Shown in pieces: positions 14,000 to 25,694 of a stretch of 57,877 nt of DNA (position 1 is its first letter; each line of letters opens with the position of its first letter). The DNA comes from Ginglymostoma cirratum (taxonomy: Eukaryota). Location of the stretch: assembly GCA_024137785.1 (NCBI GenBank), contig JAHRHZ010000028.1:22195969-22253845 (forward strand), given 5' to 3'. The notes under the pieces were generated by a model, which saw only the letters and a program-made list of their open reading frames with translations, was not told where the DNA came from and did no database searches. Made by a program: the position numbers and the translations under genes.

Positions 14000-14295
14000 T
14001 ACACAGTACTGTGAAAGTGCTGCACTGTCAAAGACACAGTCCTTTAAATTACACCAAGGTCCAACCTGTCCTTTCAGTGGACGTAAAGGGTCCATAGGCA
14101 CTATTCTGAATAAGCATGGCACTTATCTCTGGTCCCTCCATCAACAACACAAATAATGAGTTTATCCAATTATTTTCACGTTGCATGTGGGAAATCACCG
14201 TGGCAATTTAGCTAAACTTCAGAAATGAAGACTGCAATGTACTTTGGGACACCTAGTAGTCATGAAGTCCATTGTACAAAGGAAGTCTTTCATTT
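14000..14295 (+). mobile_element. Deu-domain SINE (decayed)
   Basis: cagtactgtgaaagtgctgcactgtc...cagtggacgtaaagggtccataggcactattctgaa...actttgggacacc, homologous to 39930-40110 and 975-1260. Confidence 0.55.
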
Positions 14296-14591
14296 CCCCC
14301 AGTACCGCACTGGGGTATCAGCCTAGATTTTTGTACTCATGTGCGAGAGTGGAATTGGAACTAAAAGCTTTGTGTTTCGAAGACAAATATGTTACCCATC
14401 GAGCCACCATTCCTATCAATTTTTAGGATTTATAAAAATATGACAGGTATATGAAATTTCTACAAGTGCATGACAGAGTGGTTGGAGAGTTTAGGCCTAG
14501 GATTTAAGGGACTCAGGATAAGGGCTGTGAAGATGTATGGTTAAGATGGACAAAAATGTCTTCACTCAGAGTAACATAGGAAATAAAAGAA

Positions 14592-14930
14592 GAGGGGAGA
14601 TGATGGTAATATCACAGAACTGTAATTCAGATCCTCAGGCCAACATTTTCACCGGCATAATTTCAAATCCCACCATGACAGACTGCGAAATTTGAATACA
14701 AAAACTGAAATCAAAAGATTGCCTAACGGCATCCATGCAAGTACTGTCATCTCTCAAAAAGAAAATCTGGTTCACTAATGTTCTTTAGGGAAGGATATCT
14801 GTCGTTTTACCTGTCCTGGCCTGCATGTGACTCCAGACCCATGGCAATCTGGTTGACATTGGGTAATTAGGAATAGGTGATAAATGCTGGCCTTTACAGG
14901 GACACCCGCATCCCATGAACAAATAAAAAG
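14592..14930 (+). mobile_element. tRNA-derived SINE (same family as 52432-52756)
   Basis: Reverse-complement homology to the 52432 copy: ttcaaatcccaccatg, ctggttcactaatgttctttagggaagga, catgtgactccagaccc, catcccatgaa. Confidence 0.75.
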
Positions 14931-16879
14931 AAAAATTAGGCCACTCAGTACCTCTACTATTCCACCCATTCAACAAATTCATGATTGATCTGCTCAAAAG
15001 TACCAATTATCCCCCACATGCACCCCATATTCCACAATCTTAAATATTCAGATAGAGTCATGAATCTTTGTAATTCTCTACTCGAGGGCTGGGTATGCCC
15101 AGTCCTTTCGGTAAGTTAATTTTGGATACCAAAGAGGCCAGAGATATATAGGGAGAGGGCAGGAAAGTACAGTTGATGTGCAAGATCAGCTGTGATCTTA
15201 TGGAATGGAGAAGCAAGCTCAAAAATCCACACATCCCCCTGCTCCTATTTCTTATGCACTTATTTATAAAAGACATGCAGAAAACAAGACCAGTCAAGAA
15301 CAAGGGATTAATAGACACTAAGGTTGTGTGATGCCCAAGGAAGGGAACGTTGAGAGATGTAAAGAGAAAAACAATTTTCATGGTGCAGAAAATGGAAGAG
15401 TAAGATTTGGTGGTGGTACAATGAGTCTTCATTTTGTTCGATAATAATAAAGAGAGAAATTAAAGCTCTACTTCTCCAATACATGCAAATGAGCAAACTG
15501 TTCCATATCTTCTGCCTGATAATTTCCTCTGAGCACTTCTTTTTTTTTCCCCTCCAATTGTTCTAGTTATTTGATCCATCATTGCCACAGATCTTGTTCA
15601 CCAGGATGACAGAACATGGTCAAACTGCCAGATTAGTCCAATAGCTGTTATAAACACCCAATTTTTTCACCTCACGCCTTGAAAATACCCACTGAATAAA
15701 GAGTGTCCCGTTACTTCCCCACACATTTGGCACAACACTAAAATTTAACAGCAATAGGAATGTAACTGTAGTGAAATAGTTTGCTCCATTCCAAACACTG
15801 GTTTTTAATGACAAATTTTAATTTCTTTTTTGTAGCTCAAACATTAGAATTGGCACATAGCACTGGCAGATTATGTATTTTACTCTGATTTATAACAGCC
15901 ATAATGTCACTGCGTCAAGAAACATCATTAACTCTGAAGGAAGAATAAATGGGCAAGAGAATAATCTTCATTTTTGACACAGTGGCATCACAGCCAGTTA
16001 CTGAAGAAAGCAAATTCTTTGGCATTTGTGTGGCATGTCAACTAAAATTAAAACCGAAACACTGACAGCGACATAGATTGCAAGGGAATAAAACTTAATG
16101 TTTGAAGTTGACAAAATGGGAGTCTAATTGGGTCTATATAAATTCATAAGCTAGACCTGCCACAAAAAAGTCATTACAACTGTGTTTCCCCTGTTCAGAG
16201 TATTTGTGGCACTAATTTGGCTATTAAGTGGCCCAGAGAAGGGGTGTTTAGTGCATCACAGACAGCCTGTAAGACAATATTGCTGGCACAACTACGTAAT
16301 TCCGTGACAGTGCAGATGGTTTCCAGATGCAGGTTTGACATCGATTAATCAAAACGAAACCACACGTGGTATCTGTATTCATGTCACAGCATTGCTCTTC
16401 TGAGCCAGTTAACACCGCTTTGAATGGCTGATATGAGAAACACCCCTCATCAAAAGATGCAGCATCTGCTTTCCTACACCTTATCTGGGGCTTTTGTAGA
16501 AATTGCTTTCCAAGCAAATATTAGACATGATTTTTCAAATTATTTGAATGCTGTGCATTTGGAAGAATGTGACAGCAATGAGCTTATTATCTTGATTTTA
16601 AACTGCTAGTTCCAGTGGAAAGAGAGCTTAGTTCCATTTGCTGAAAGTTAAAGTTTGGTTAAATTTTTTTGATGCAGGGCCCGAACATATCAAACTGAAG
16701 GTATCATCTTTTTTTCAAAGAAAAATCAATCCAGAGTATCAATGCAATAAATCGGTCTTATACATCAACACTGCCTACCCATCAGTAATTATGCAACATG
16801 TCCACCCAATTAGAAGCACCATATAAACCGTTTACTTGCTTCTATGTATTGAGAGCACCCAGTAGGAGCAGCTCACTGA

Positions 16880-17445
16880 CCTGTACTGGTGTGACTAGAG
16901 CCAGCAGATAGAGATAGAACATTGCAGGAGGAGGTTAGGCAGCTAAAGGCATGGCTGAAAATGATGGAATTAAGAAAGTAAAGGGGCATAGGAGATCAGA
17001 ATTGGAGGAGCACAGAGATCTTGGATGGCTGATGTAAATTTCAGGAAGAGTGAGGCCATGGACAGGTAGGGTAACACTGGTGAAAATCTTAAATTCAAGT
17101 CACTGGGTGTCAATATAGGTCAGCGAGTACAGAGGTGAATAATGAACAGAACTTTGTGCAAATTAGCACACAGACAGCATGTACTGGAAAAGCTGAAGTT
17201 TACAGGGGTGTTGAGATGGGAGACCAGTCAGAAAAGTGCTTGAATATTTGAACCACAAGTTAGCAAAGGCAAAGGCACAGATGAAGGCTTCAGCAACAAT
17301 GAGATGAAACAGGAGTCAGGATGGGCTAAGTCATGGATTTGGAAGTAGGCACTTGGTGACACCAGGTGTGGGGTCAGAAAGGGTGCCAAATGGTGTGAGC
17401 AGTCTGATTCAGCTTCAGACAATGACTGGGGAACAGAGACTGTCA
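16880..17445 (-). mobile_element. L2 LINE ORF2 C-terminal fragment
   Basis: The minus strand gives a decayed SAYFQIHDLAH...AEAFICAF...QIFKHFS pattern matching the L2 motif YFHLRNIA...AETLIHAFVTSRLDY. Confidence 0.6.
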
Positions 17446-17448
17446 TGT

Positions 17449-17622
17449 AAAACAGAGAAATGCGGATGCTGAAAATCTAAAACAAAAACAGAAATTGCTG
17501 GAGAAACTCAGCAGGTCTGGCAGCACCTGTGGAGAGAAAGCATTGTTTTTGAAACGTTAATTATGCTTTCTCTCCACAGGTGCTGCCAGAACTGCTGAGT
17601 TTCTCCAGCAATTTCTGTTTTG
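17449..17622. mobile_element. Family B Penelope-type inverted pair (hairpin)
   Basis: acagaaattgctggagaaactcagcaggtctggcagcacctgtggagagaaagcat, a central tgaaacgttaa, then atgctttctctccacaggtgctgccagaactgctgagtttctccagcaatttctgt. The arms are near-perfect, about 60 bp. Confidence 0.85.
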
Positions 17623-18559
17623 TGGTGTAGTTTGTAATTGCTTTGACCATTTCAATACTCAACTGCAGGAAACTTCAGCTCATCCAATAAATCAGATGCA
17701 GTGGAGAGGTCAAGAGAGATAGCAGTAAAGTAGACAAGCAGGGGGAAGATTAGCTGTACATATGTGGAAACGGATGTGTTTTCCAACTGTATCACTGAGG
17801 AAAAGCATATAGTTAAGAAAGAGCTGGTGAGGGTAAGCATAACTGCTTGGGAAATTAAGCTAAAACATTTGAAAATAAAAGACTATGGTAGAAAATCAAT
17901 ACCAGACTATAACTGGAAAAGCCGAAAAGTTGAAATATTCATTTGGGAGAAGATAAGTTGATAAATTGTAAACATTAAAATGAATTATTAGAAAAAAAAA
18001 GAGGTTAACAAGCATAACTCACTGACTCTACACAAATTCTGGATGTTTTAAATACTTGAACAGTGAAGGGGATGTGAGGGATGGGAAACGTAGTATTAAG
18101 GGAATTATGAAACACAAGCATCCACATGACAGGAGAGGTCATTTCACAATGAGGATTACTAAATAAAATGGCAGGTGATTCACATCTGGCTCAGAATTAA
18201 CACTCACTTCTAGTCTACAAAACTGGAGGTTTCACCAGTGCTTTATCACACCAGGAATAGGGACAGTGTGTCCAGGGTTCTAGCCTCCCCAGCACCTACA
18301 CTCTACAGTGACTGCTACCAGCTTCACCCTACAAAATGGTCATTTGTGACACTGCAATTACATGTTCCTGCCAGTGGTGGTGCTGCAGACTGGGTGTCCC
18401 AGTTCCTTTCACTGTAGCAGAGAAAGGGGGGAGTTCACTGTCTGAACGTTACACATGGGATTGAGTCCCAATTTACAAATGCTCCTCCTAATTTTCATTT
18501 TTGCTTGCTGATGCCACACTTGCTAAGATGTTGGGAACATAGGAATCAAAAGTAAATTG

Positions 18560-19300
18560 AAGTCATGGAGTCAGGGATTTTACTGCATGGAAAGGGGGCC
18601 TTCAGTCTATTGTGTCCACACCAGTCACCAAACATCCATTGGTCTGAATCCCATTTTCCAGCACTTAATCTGTATCTTGTATGCTAGAGTTTCAAGTGTA
18701 CATCTAAATAGTTCTAAAATATCTTGACGGTTCCCACCTCTACCACCCTTTAAGATGGTGCATTCCAGATACCCACCATCCTATGGGTAAAAAATAATTT
18801 CCAAAAATCCCCTCTAATGCTCGTTCAACTTGCCTTAAAATTGTGCCCTCTCACTGTTGACTGCTCTAATAAGAAAAAATATTTTCCCTTTCCACCCTGT
18901 CTATGCCCCTCATAACTTTGTACACCTTAATCAGATACCCCCTCAGCCTTGGGTGATTTAAGGAAAACAAACCACACTTCCAAACTCTTTTTACTGTTGA
19001 AATCGCTCCAAGTCAGCCAACAACTTGGTGAATCTTTTCTGCACCCCTTCGTTGTGTGCAATCACACTCTTCCTATAATGTGATGTCTAGAACAGCATAT
19101 GGTACTCCAGCTGTGGCCTAACTAAAAAGTTAGGTAAAAGGTCCATCATAGCCAACTTGCACTTATATTCTATGCCTTGCTTAATAAAGCCAAGTTTCCA
19201 TTATGCTTTCTTAACCACCTTGTCTACCTGTCCTGTAGTCTAAGGCCCTCATAACACCAATTTTCATGCCATCTGCAGACTTACTGATCATACCTTTTAC
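18560..19300 (-). mobile_element. CR1 LINE 3' portion (decayed)
   Basis: Reverse complement of a CR1 ORF2 end and 3' UTR (cattccagatacccaccatcc; tgcccctcataactttgtacacc; gtactccagctgtggcctaac). Confidence 0.75.
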
Positions 19301-20649
19301 ATTCAGCTAAAAAATTGCCAGCAAGCTACTAATAAGAACTTAAGAAAATAATCCCTTCAGGCAGAAAATTTAGCAAATTTTAAAAAGTTTTTTTTTAAAC
19401 AAACTAGCACCACTTACATATCATAGTGCTCTGTATGTTGAACATTATTCTGTCACAATGGAAAGGAAGGAAGATGTAATGTTGGATGTTTCTCATGAGC
19501 AGATTGCCAGTGCTCATCAGTGGTGATACCGAAATTGAAAAAGGATTAATTTTGACCTCTAAAATGAAGATTTTGTATTTGTTCACATGTGAGCCTGGCC
19601 AGCATTTATTAACATTCTCAACTTGCCTGTGACAAGTTTATGGCAAGTTGAAATACTATTTCAGGTTTTACAAAATTGAGGAGGGAGAAGGTTTCCACAG
19701 TATGCCTTGTGTAATAAAATTATAAAGCCATTTATAAATTATCATCTCCTCACCTTGTCACATCCTCAAGAATACCGTTCTATGGTGTTCAAAACAATCA
19801 GGGTAGAATTCTCTTCAGAGTCAAGATAAAATGCTACAGCGCACACATTTTACTTTCTAGATCTTGACACACTAAAAGGATGTATGACTTCTTTGAAATC
19901 CTGAAAAGATCCCCTGAGCGATTATAGTTCTTTGCTGAAAGAAAGACGAATTAGTGCCTTAATAATTACCTTGTGGTTGAAATGTGGGTGTAACTTCTGT
20001 GAATAGTAAGATCAAAAGGAACAAAAGAATGACAAAGCAAAATAACCACCAGTCCTGGTCAAATCTACTATGGGCAAAAAAATCTAACATTTCTGGTATA
20101 ATATGGCTCAACAGTCATGATGCTTTCTACGAATTTCAGATTCGTAGATTGCAGAATTGCTGATCCATTTTCACATGGCAATACACATTCATATTTGCTG
20201 ATATTGTGCCTTTTGCATTTGCTGCTCATTCAAATGATGGGACTTAATATTAAATTGGAACAAACTGCAAACCCTTGTAAATATAACAACATACCTTTGA
20301 ATATATTGAATGTTTTTCATGCAAAGAAAAAAAATTTAATTCCAAATTTCTTTTGCTGGAAAGCCCTGAGATCGCTGATTAAATGTCTTGACACCATGAC
20401 AGTTGGTAGATAACTAATAAAAATGCTCTTTTCCTCATTTTTTTTATTACTCATTCTTGGAAAAAGTATAAACATTTTATTATCCATCTCAAAATGCCCC
20501 CGAGGTGGTGTTGAGCTATCTGTTCAAACTGCTGCAATGTGTGGACTAATCCACAGTTCATATTTTTCTGTCACGGTTTAAAGACAGCTGAATCACAGAA
20601 TCCCTACAGTGTGGAAGCAGGCCATTCAGCCCATCAAGTCTACACTGAT

Positions 20650-22121
20650 TGAGAGCAAGTTTGCTATTCAGGATAGTCAGGGGAACAGTAAAGGAAGGGA
20701 AAAGGTTTAAAGTGCATTTATTTCAATGCACGAGGCCTGACTGGTAAGGCAGATGGGCTCAGAGCATGGATTGCCTCTGAGGACTGGGATATTATAACCA
20801 GAACAGAAACACGGCTGAGAAAAGGGCAGGACAGGCAGCTGAATGTCCCAGGATACAGAAGCAGCAAGTGACAGAAGTACAAGTAAGTGAGGAGGGGCAG
20901 TTGCCATTTTGATAAGGGAGGACATAACACAGTGCTTAGAAAGGATATTCTTTAGGGTCATCAAATGAGGCCATATAGTTAAAACTTAGGTACAAGGAGG
21001 GGATGGTTACTCTGCTGAGACTGTATTATTGGCCCCCAAATAGTCAGTGAGGAAATGTGGAGAGAGGTTGCAGATACCTGCACGAACAACAGAGTTATAT
21101 TGATCAGAGATTCTAATTTCCCCTGTATTGACTGGACCACCAAGAGCGTAAAAGGCCTCGAAGGAGTGGAATTTATCAAATGTGTCCAAGAAAGTTTCCT
21201 AAATCAATATGTAGAAGGCCCTACTCAGGAGGATGCAACACTGGGCTTCCTCTTAGGAAGCGAGGACAGGCAAGTGACTGAAGTGTCATTCAGAGAGTAC
21301 TTTGTGTCCAGTGACCATAACTCTATTAGTTTTAACACAGCTATGGGAAAAGATAGGACAGGTCCACAGGTTAAGGTGCTAAACTGGAGCAGGACCAATT
21401 TTGGGACCATTAGGCAGGATCTAGCAGCAGTCGACTGGGTGAGTCAGTTTGAAGGAAATGGAATGACTGAAAAATGGGAGGGCTTTTAAAAGTGTGATAT
21501 CAAGAGTCCAGGGATGGCATGCCCCTGTTAGGATGAAGGGGAAATCTGGCAGGTTTAGGGATCCCTGGCTGATGAGGGATATTAAGGCATTGGTCAGGAA
21601 AAAGGAGAAGGCATACATTGGGTTTATGTTATCAGGCTCAAGTAAATCCCTNNNNNNNNNNGGTATAAGATAGATCTGTTAGATAAGGTTAAAGATAATC
21701 CCAAGAGGTTCTATAGCTATATTAAGAGTATACGTTGAGACTTTATTCCTTGGAACGTAGGAGAATGAGGTGAGGTGTATGAAATCATGAGGGGCATGGA
21801 TAGGATGAATGCATACGGTCTTTTTCCCAGAGATGGGGAAATTGGAAACTGGAGGGCATTGGTTTAGGGTGAGAGGGGAAAGATTTAAAAAGGACCTGAG
21901 GGATTTCTCCTTCACACAGAGAGTGGTGCATATGTGGAATGGGCTGCCAGAGAAAGTGGTTGAGGCAGGTACAATAGCAACATTTTAAAAACATTTGGAT
22001 GGGCAGGGTTTAAGAGAGATATGGACTAAATGCGGGCCATTGGAACTCGCTGAGTGGGCACCATGGTCAGCATGGACCAGTTTGAGCCAAAGGGCCTGTT
22101 TCCATGCTGTATTCCTCTATG
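20650..22121 (+). mobile_element. CR1 LINE, internally deleted: APE endonuclease region plus 3' end
   Basis: ORF 21055-21489 (NRVILIRDSNFPCIDW...FLNQYVEGPT...SSDHNSISF) has the CR1 APE motifs GDFN and SDH. A CR1 3' end (LRVRGERFKKDLR) follows the N gap. Confidence 0.88.
21652..21661. other. Assembly gap (10 N)
   Basis: Run of n bases inside the CR1 copy. Confidence 1.
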
Positions 22122-22484
22122 ACCCTCCAGACAGCATCTGACCCAGACCCAGACCCAACCCGTGACCCTATGCCTGTAACCCTGCATTTCCCATGGCTAA
22201 TCCAGAGGAAACCCATTCAGACACAGTGAAAGAATGTGTAAACTCCACACAGACACATCGTCACCCAAGGCTGGAATTGAAACTGGGTCCCTGCTGCTGT
22301 GAGGCAGCAGTGCTAATAACTGAGTCACCAAGCTTATTACACAATTGAGGAATATGATCATGCGTGTTGGGGAGATGCTCCAGATGTATGCAGCACACCC
22401 AAACAAAAAAAACGAGAAGTCTGCCTTACTTCCGGCCTTTGCTTACGTATGCGATTAAAAAACAGTGTGCCCACCGTCTTACTG

Positions 22485-23535
22485 TCCAACAGCTACATTC
22501 TAGTATGAGCAGTGTCTTCTCACAATTAATTCAGAACAAACTAAATGCCCATTTATTTACATATTGTTGGTGGGCTCCCAATTCTACCATCTATCCTTCG
22601 TATCAAGGGTAGGTGGGAAGGTGGCAGGTTCCCACTCTATTTTACGTAGCTCCCTCATACGGAAACAAAGACACACACACATAGACAGTGGGGAAATGTA
22701 ATAACCAGTCCTCTGTTGTTATTCTATATATTTTTATGGCATCCTTGTCAAGCAATTTCTATCTACATAATTCTGAAAATTCAAAAATTTCTTTAGTAAT
22801 TGAAAAGATGAAGTGCAAAATATTACATCATTCCCCACAATACAAAAATTGACTTCACAAATTCCATGAAAAGATCAGAATCGTACTTTTTTTTTTGTTA
22901 GGAGCTTCGGGTTTACTCTCAGAAAGAGCAGACACTTCTCTATGGCTGCAACTTTAGAAGGTATTTATTCCAAATTGGGTTGTCAGTCGGGATGCCCCAT
23001 TTAGAGGGTAAATGATGAAACAATCCAAGCCATCCATGTTCACAATCTGCTCCAACATAAATTTGTGTAACTCTGCCCAAAATCCAACTGAGCAGAAAGG
23101 CAACAACAAATCCTTTCATCGTTCTGGAAATGCGACATGAAAAGATTGACAAATGAGACAGAGACAAAACAGAGGTATCAGCCAGATACACAGACAAGAA
23201 AATGGAGTTCATTCATAAACGTCTACAAGTATTTCTGTTTGAAATCCAAAAAGAACATTAACCAGCTCAGATTCACATTCAACACTACCGCAGAACACAA
23301 GTAACCTCACTCCAATGATAATTTGGGCCATGCGCTTTTTCACTCTTTGCAGATGATTATGAGTGCAAACAGTATTAGTTCCACAATAAACAATTCAGAG
23401 CATTTAATTAATCATTGACTAAAATTCAAGATTATTTTAGCATAATTATAAAGGTGATATCCAATAAATTATAGCGCCCAAATATCTCATTTATTAAACA
23501 CTGCTGGAAAGCTGGGAGGTCTTGTTGGTAAAGTG
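22485..23535. repeat. Copy 1 of a local ~1 kb direct duplication of unknown origin
   Basis: Collinear with 25695-26742; the core near 22970-23350 is highly similar. Confidence 0.9.
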
Positions 23536-23849
23536 GAGGCTACAGACTGGGAATCAGGATGGATGCTGGCTGGCACACCTTTAGGATAGTCATGTTTAAA
23601 AATGGTAACCCAGGTGTCAGTAGCAAATAGCACTAGTTAGGAGCAGAAATGTTATAGCAGTAGAAACGTGCAACTTTAGCAATTGAGATACATCTGCTCA
23701 CTTTGTTATCTTTATTATTCACACAACACTCAGTAGAATAAGCAAAATTCAACTTGAATTCCATGGCCAGATTTAGAAACGTAGCCATGAAATTTAACAC
23801 GCTGCCAGTAGGTTAACTCAGCCAAATCCATACTGCCCTCAGGAGCCAC

Positions 23850-25265
23850 AGAATCATATTAGCTGCTGTCAAGGTAAACCATGGAAATATTGACCAGTGA
23901 GTGTTACATCAGTGGTAGGGAAACTACTGAAGAAAATTCGGAAGGAGGGAATTAATCTTCATTTAGAGAAGTAAGGTTTGATCTGAATAGTCAACTTGGC
24001 TTGGTCACAGCGAGGTCATGCCGAACAAACTTGGTTGAATTTTTCAAGGTGGTGACCAAGTGTGTGTATGAATGCAGTACAGTTGACGTAGCTTACATGG
24101 ATTCCAGAAAGGCCTTTGACATGGCCTCACATGAAAGGCTGATAAAGAGGTTAAAAGCACATGGGATCCAGGGTCATTAGGCAAGTCAGAACCAAAATTG
24201 GCTTAATGACTGGAGACCAGTGTCAAGCCACAGTGATCTTGCGTTGGGTGCCTTATTGTTTGCAATAGATCGTATGAGAATGTTGGGGGGCTATAATAAG
24301 TAATGTGGATGACATGGAAATTGGCTGGGTGGTTGACAGTAGAGGAAGGAGGTATTAGGTTAGTGGAAAATGTAAATGGATTGGTCAGATGGCAGATGGA
24401 ATTTAACCCTGATAAATGTAAGGCAATGCAGTTTGGAAGAGGTGAAAAGGGAGTACTTATGGGATGGGTAGGACAGTAGGAGCCTCAGAGGAATCTTGGG
24501 GATGTTTGTCCACATGTCCCTGAAGGTGACAAGGCAGGTTAATAAGGTAGTTAAAACAGGTATGTAGGACACTTGCTTTTATCAGTTGAGGCACAGATTA
24601 AAAGAGCAAGGAGTTTATGTTGGGGCTGTGGAATCCTTTGGTTAGGACACAGCTGGGGTACCATGTGCAGTCCTGGTCACACGATAGCAAGGACATGATT
24701 GTACTATGGGGCTGCAAAGGAAGATTCACCAGATTGTTATCTGGGATGGAGTGCTTTAGCTATGAAGAGAGGGTAGACAAGCTTGGGTTGTCTTCTTTGA
24801 AGTAAACAAGATTTGTGGGGAGCTGATTGAGGGGCAGGATGATGAGGGGTGTGGACAGGATGGATAGAAGGCAGCTGTTTTCCTTCATAAAAAGGGATCA
24901 GTAAGAAGGGGGCAAATTTTTAAAGGTCAAAGGCAGGAGGTTTAAGAGGGGATTTGAGGAAAATGTTTTCACCCAGAGAATGATGGGAGTCTGAAATGTA
25001 CTACCGTCATGGAAAGATGAAAGCGTTAGCTTTTGGTATGGTTGTTAGAGGAATGCAAATTTCCATTTGACCAGATTGTGAATATGGAGGGATTTCATTA
25101 TAGGACAATACAGGCAAGTAACCTCACAGCCTTTAAAAAGTACTTGCACGAGCACATTCAAGACCATGGGCCTACGACAGCAGAAGATTTGGCGTTGTTT
25201 TGGCAACACAGACTCAAATCGGCCAAAGGGCCTCTTCTGTGCTGTATAATTCTACGGTTCTTTGA
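23850..25265 (+). mobile_element. CR1 LINE RT region to 3' end (decayed)
   Basis: Frames give SCRTNLVEFF, VDVAYMDSRKAFD, WQMEFNPDKCK and LGYHVQSWS, then a CR1 3' tail (ggccaaagggcctcttctgtgctgtataattct). Confidence 0.85.
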
Positions 25266-25396
25266 TTCCACTCCACCGTCAGCTGCAGAGCTGAGTAATG
25301 GGCACTGCTAGGTCTTCAAAGTGCCTGAATGGGATCAGGGCAGCCACAGAAAGGTACATCTCAGAGTTTTACAGTGTGGTGGGATCCTTTAGCCCA

Positions 25397-25440
25397 GTGG
25401 TGGTGGTGGTGGTGGTGGGAGGCGGGGGGGGGGGCGGTGG
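25397..25440 (+). repeat. (GGT)n plus poly-G simple repeat
   Basis: gtggtggtggtggtggtggtgggaggcggggggggggg read directly. Confidence 0.9.
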
Positions 25441-25694
25441 CGTGTGGATGGTAAGGGAGAGCTGGTTCTGTCTCTTAGGCGGAGCAGATGGAAGGGTGGG
25501 CTGGCATCTTAAGTGAGATGCTCCACTACACAAACTTCTTCTTTCCTGCCTTTATTCGTTGAGATGTTGGCAAACTGGCCGCGCCAACTTTATCAACCCT
25601 TTCAGACTTGTTACGAAACATCCCAGAAGCAAGTTAGAATTGAACAGGGCCTCCTGACTCAGAAATAAGGAAACTGCCAACACACAAGGGTCCT

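Larger units (their letters stand above)
20593..22329 (-). mobile_element. HE1-like tRNA-derived SINE split by a CR1 insertion (tail 20593-20649, body and head 22122-22329)
   Basis: The head on the minus strand, ggtgactcagttattagcactgctgcctcacagcagcagggacccagtttcaattccagc, has Pol III A/B boxes. The tail cacagaatccctacagtgtggaagcaggccattcagccc lies 1.5 kb away. Confidence 0.7.

Noticed and set aside
25397-25440. G-quadruplex or Val/Gly-rich ORF 25298-25516
   Set aside because: It is a simple repeat with no independent evidence of function.
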